Below, piece after piece: positions 61,315 through 64,000 of a stretch of DNA of 64,000 bases. The DNA is from Hormiphora californensis (taxonomy: Eukaryota; Animalia; Ctenophora). The stretch spans positions 2,356,001 to 2,420,000 of the forward strand of contig CM035350.1 in the NCBI GenBank assembly GCA_020137815.1, in the 5' to 3' direction. Under the pieces are notes generated by a model, which saw only the letters and a program-made list of their open reading frames with translations, had not been told where the DNA came from and did not search any database. A program made the position numbers and the translations under genes. Position 1 is the first letter of the stretch. Every line of letters starts with the position of its first letter.

Positions 61315-64000
61315 CTATTCCTCTGTGCTGGGTAAAACAATGAGGACATGTTGAGGGAACCGCTCGAGGAAGGTGAATGAAAAGCAAGCGATGAGGCAGG
61401 TCACAGCAAGGATTGCCAGTTGGAACGGGAGCAACAAGCTGCCGCAGTAGAGAAATGCTCCGGCGCCCATCAAACTCTGTACAAACTTGAAAACAGCAAA
61501 TGCAGGCGCTGGTTTGTGCTCGAACACTGTGCCTGTAGGAAAGGAGAACATTGATTTGCTATAAAACAGTGGAGGTCTCCGGAGAAAATTTATTAATTAG
61601 CCAAATATAGGCAGAGTTAGGATAGAAAGGTAACGAGAAACAAATGTTACATCCGAAACTCACTAAGATTAGCGTAGATAGATACGTTAAAACCACCATC
61701 TCCAAGGCCAAGGAGGACTCCCATAACAAGCGTCAGATAAATATTACTTTCAATGATAGGCGTGTCGGTAGCCCTACTGGTCTGAAATGTAAGGAAAAGA
61801 GAAAATTAACGATTCGTACAAGGTTGTGCGACGCTAATTTCTGACCGTATGCGAAGGTATTCAGCGCTGACAGATTCGTCTACAAATTTGATTCCAACTC
61901 ACTCTCCAACTCTCTATTTCCCTCTCTCACTGTCTCACTCTCTAACTCCTTACTCGTTAACACAAGTTCTCTCCAAAAGTACGTCTCCTTGTATCTCTGC
62001 TACAGTGAGGCGGTGCAGCATTTCTTGTTAATTTCTCTCGCATTCTTTTCAGTTTTTCTCACACCCTTCACAATTTGTCATTTCCTTACTTTTCCTCTCT
62101 CTTTCTTCATCTCTCCCTCCTTTCTATCTCTCTAAACTATCTCTCCCTCTAATTCGTCTCTCTCCCTCTATCTCTCTGTCTCTCCATCTCACCGTGGTTG
62201 TGGCAGCGTCAAAAGGGAAGCTGATAAAAGCAAGGTAGTATAGAATACAGTTGATGACAGTACTACACATCACCACTCCATGACGCCCAATCTTTGTTGT
62301 CAGCCTACCCCAGATGAAACCAGCACTAATCTCACCGATACCTGAATCAAATGGGGGGGGGGGGTTACTAATAATAATCTACATTCTACCCCGGATCTTT
62401 GGTGAATTGGTGAAGCCATGACCTCTTGCAGCTCCGTTTGCCACGATCTGTGCATCTGTTAGTGTAGGAGTGACTGTGTCCACTTTACCCAGTGGCGTAG
62501 CCAGGGTATGTGGCTCGCCACTGACTTTACCTGTAGCAATTCCTGCTAGAGCGATGTAACTTCTTTTGGCAAAGACTTCTCCAACAATTGTAACGAAAAC
62601 AGAGCTCCAGAAGTTCAGAGACACACCTGGACGAGATAAGGAGTTGTAATAGGAGAAGTCAGAACCACAGACACGCAAAAGCTTGTTGTTCACAAAATAC
62701 TTCAGAGTTCAGAACTGCCCTTCTCTGATAAACTAACCAGTAAATATGAATGGAATGTAAAGAAGTCCCATTTGCCAGGTCCCACAAAACGAGATGGCAT
62801 CTTTAATTGGCTGAAGGACTCCCTCATCTACCTCTACTTGAGGTGCTCTCTGAACACTTCCAGATTCCTCTTCTAGGGCCTGGTGGGGATATCAGTTTTA
62901 GCAGAATCATATTTGATATCTTCATTTTATTTTCTATCAAGTATCAAGTAAACAAGTTGGCAGCATAAAAAGAAACACCAATCTTGGTGATGTCATCCCA
63001 TGTTCGTGCGGCTGGTAGTGGAGGGGTGTTTGCGTCACCAAATTGAACTCCCATCCCCCACAGACTCACCTCATCCACTCCCCCAGGTGGGGAAGGTCGG
63101 AGGAAAAGGAAGGCCAGCATACCAAGGGTACAAAGAGTCCCTAGTACCATGTATATCACATGTCTCTCCTTGCTAGTGATTGCCTCGGAGTCACCCAGAT
63201 AGAAAAACAGGAAGACATTCCCAAGCAACATGCTGGTATTGAACCACGACCAGAATATTCCTGTGTGTTTAGCTTTCGTTTCTCCGGGGGAGTTCCGGGC
63301 GATTATTTCTCCATTTGCGGTCCACATGACCCCGCCCCCGCATCCCAGAAGAGCGGAGAGGACGAACACAGAGGAAATATAGGGTTCGTACATGGCAAAG
63401 ATAAATCCAATGTATGGTAGGCTGGACAGTACCAGAGCCCATTTGCTTCCTGGGGCAGAGGGAAAGTATATAATTGTTAGCTGAGTCCGATATACCTCAC
63501 TTTGGCTTGTAAAGATGAACGTGTAATATGTCTGATTAGACATGAATGAGTGTAAAATGAACTGCTGTGAAAATACCGACAGCTGGTCGGGTGGTTATAA
63601 ATATTGAATTTATTCCCGCTCAGTTGCTGCTGCTATTTTCCAGTACATATGCTATGATTAAATCTGTAAACCGCCAAAGGGTCACATATGCCACATGTGG
63701 CACATATAGTTTCAGTATTCAGAGTTTCATTGTGAAACATGTAAATCGAGTTGGAAACGTGTGAATCCCTCAAATATTGATGGGATGTGTTGGAAAAGGG
63801 CTTTTCACATTATATGCGAAATTCCATTACAAGTGCAACGTGCTAGAATTTATTAGATTTCCTTTTTGTTCCCATATATTCTCTCTCTGAACTCCTCTCT
63901 CTCTGAATTCCTCCCTTCTTTGACCCTAATTTTCTCCTAAACCCCGGCCCCCTACCTTACTAGCTTCTTGACAATGGCGGGAGAAAACCAGTTAGCAACT
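61315..64000 (-). CDS. MFSD11: UNC93-like MFS protein MFSD11 (5' part outside the window); exons ~64000-63961, 63449-63070, 62879-62738, 62626-62531, 62341-62193, 61782-61664, 61532-61315
   Basis: SALLGCGGGVMWTANG, HTGIFWSWFNTSMLLGN, GVSLNFWSSVF, GIGEISAG, LLGLGDGGFN, APAFAVFKFVQS. Confidence 0.9.

Overview
Eukaryotic (animal) genomic DNA with short GT-AG introns and abundant (AG)n microsatellites; a ctenophore-like or other early-branching invertebrate origin is my inference only. Parts of the sequence carry many single-base indels that look like unpolished long-read errors. Host genes: a TBC1D12/14-like RabGAP (+, 10984-18366), an intronless NEMF/Rqc2 (+, 19182-22136), a Q-rich protein with three AT-hooks (-, 24609-26913), an LRRFIP1/2-like coiled-coil gene (+, ~42846-59115), coactosin-like (-, 59645-60073) and MFSD11/UNC93-like (-, 61315 to window end). 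Mobile DNA: a dense nest of non-autonomous DNA transposons at 0.5-10.4 kb whose target-site duplications (TSDs) give the insertion order, several Helentron/HINE-like elements, two CRE-clade LINE fragments, and a Penelope-like retroelement with an inverted terminal piece carrying a minimal hammerhead ribozyme. Most notable: (1) about eight unrelated, ATG-initiated, phase-0 candidate first exons upstream of the constant LRRFIP exons, two with N-myristoylation-type starts; (2) a ~370-nt G.U-rich multi-hairpin structure in the large RabGAP intron; (3) terminal hairpins of unrelated HINE-like families with different stems but a shared GNNA loop.
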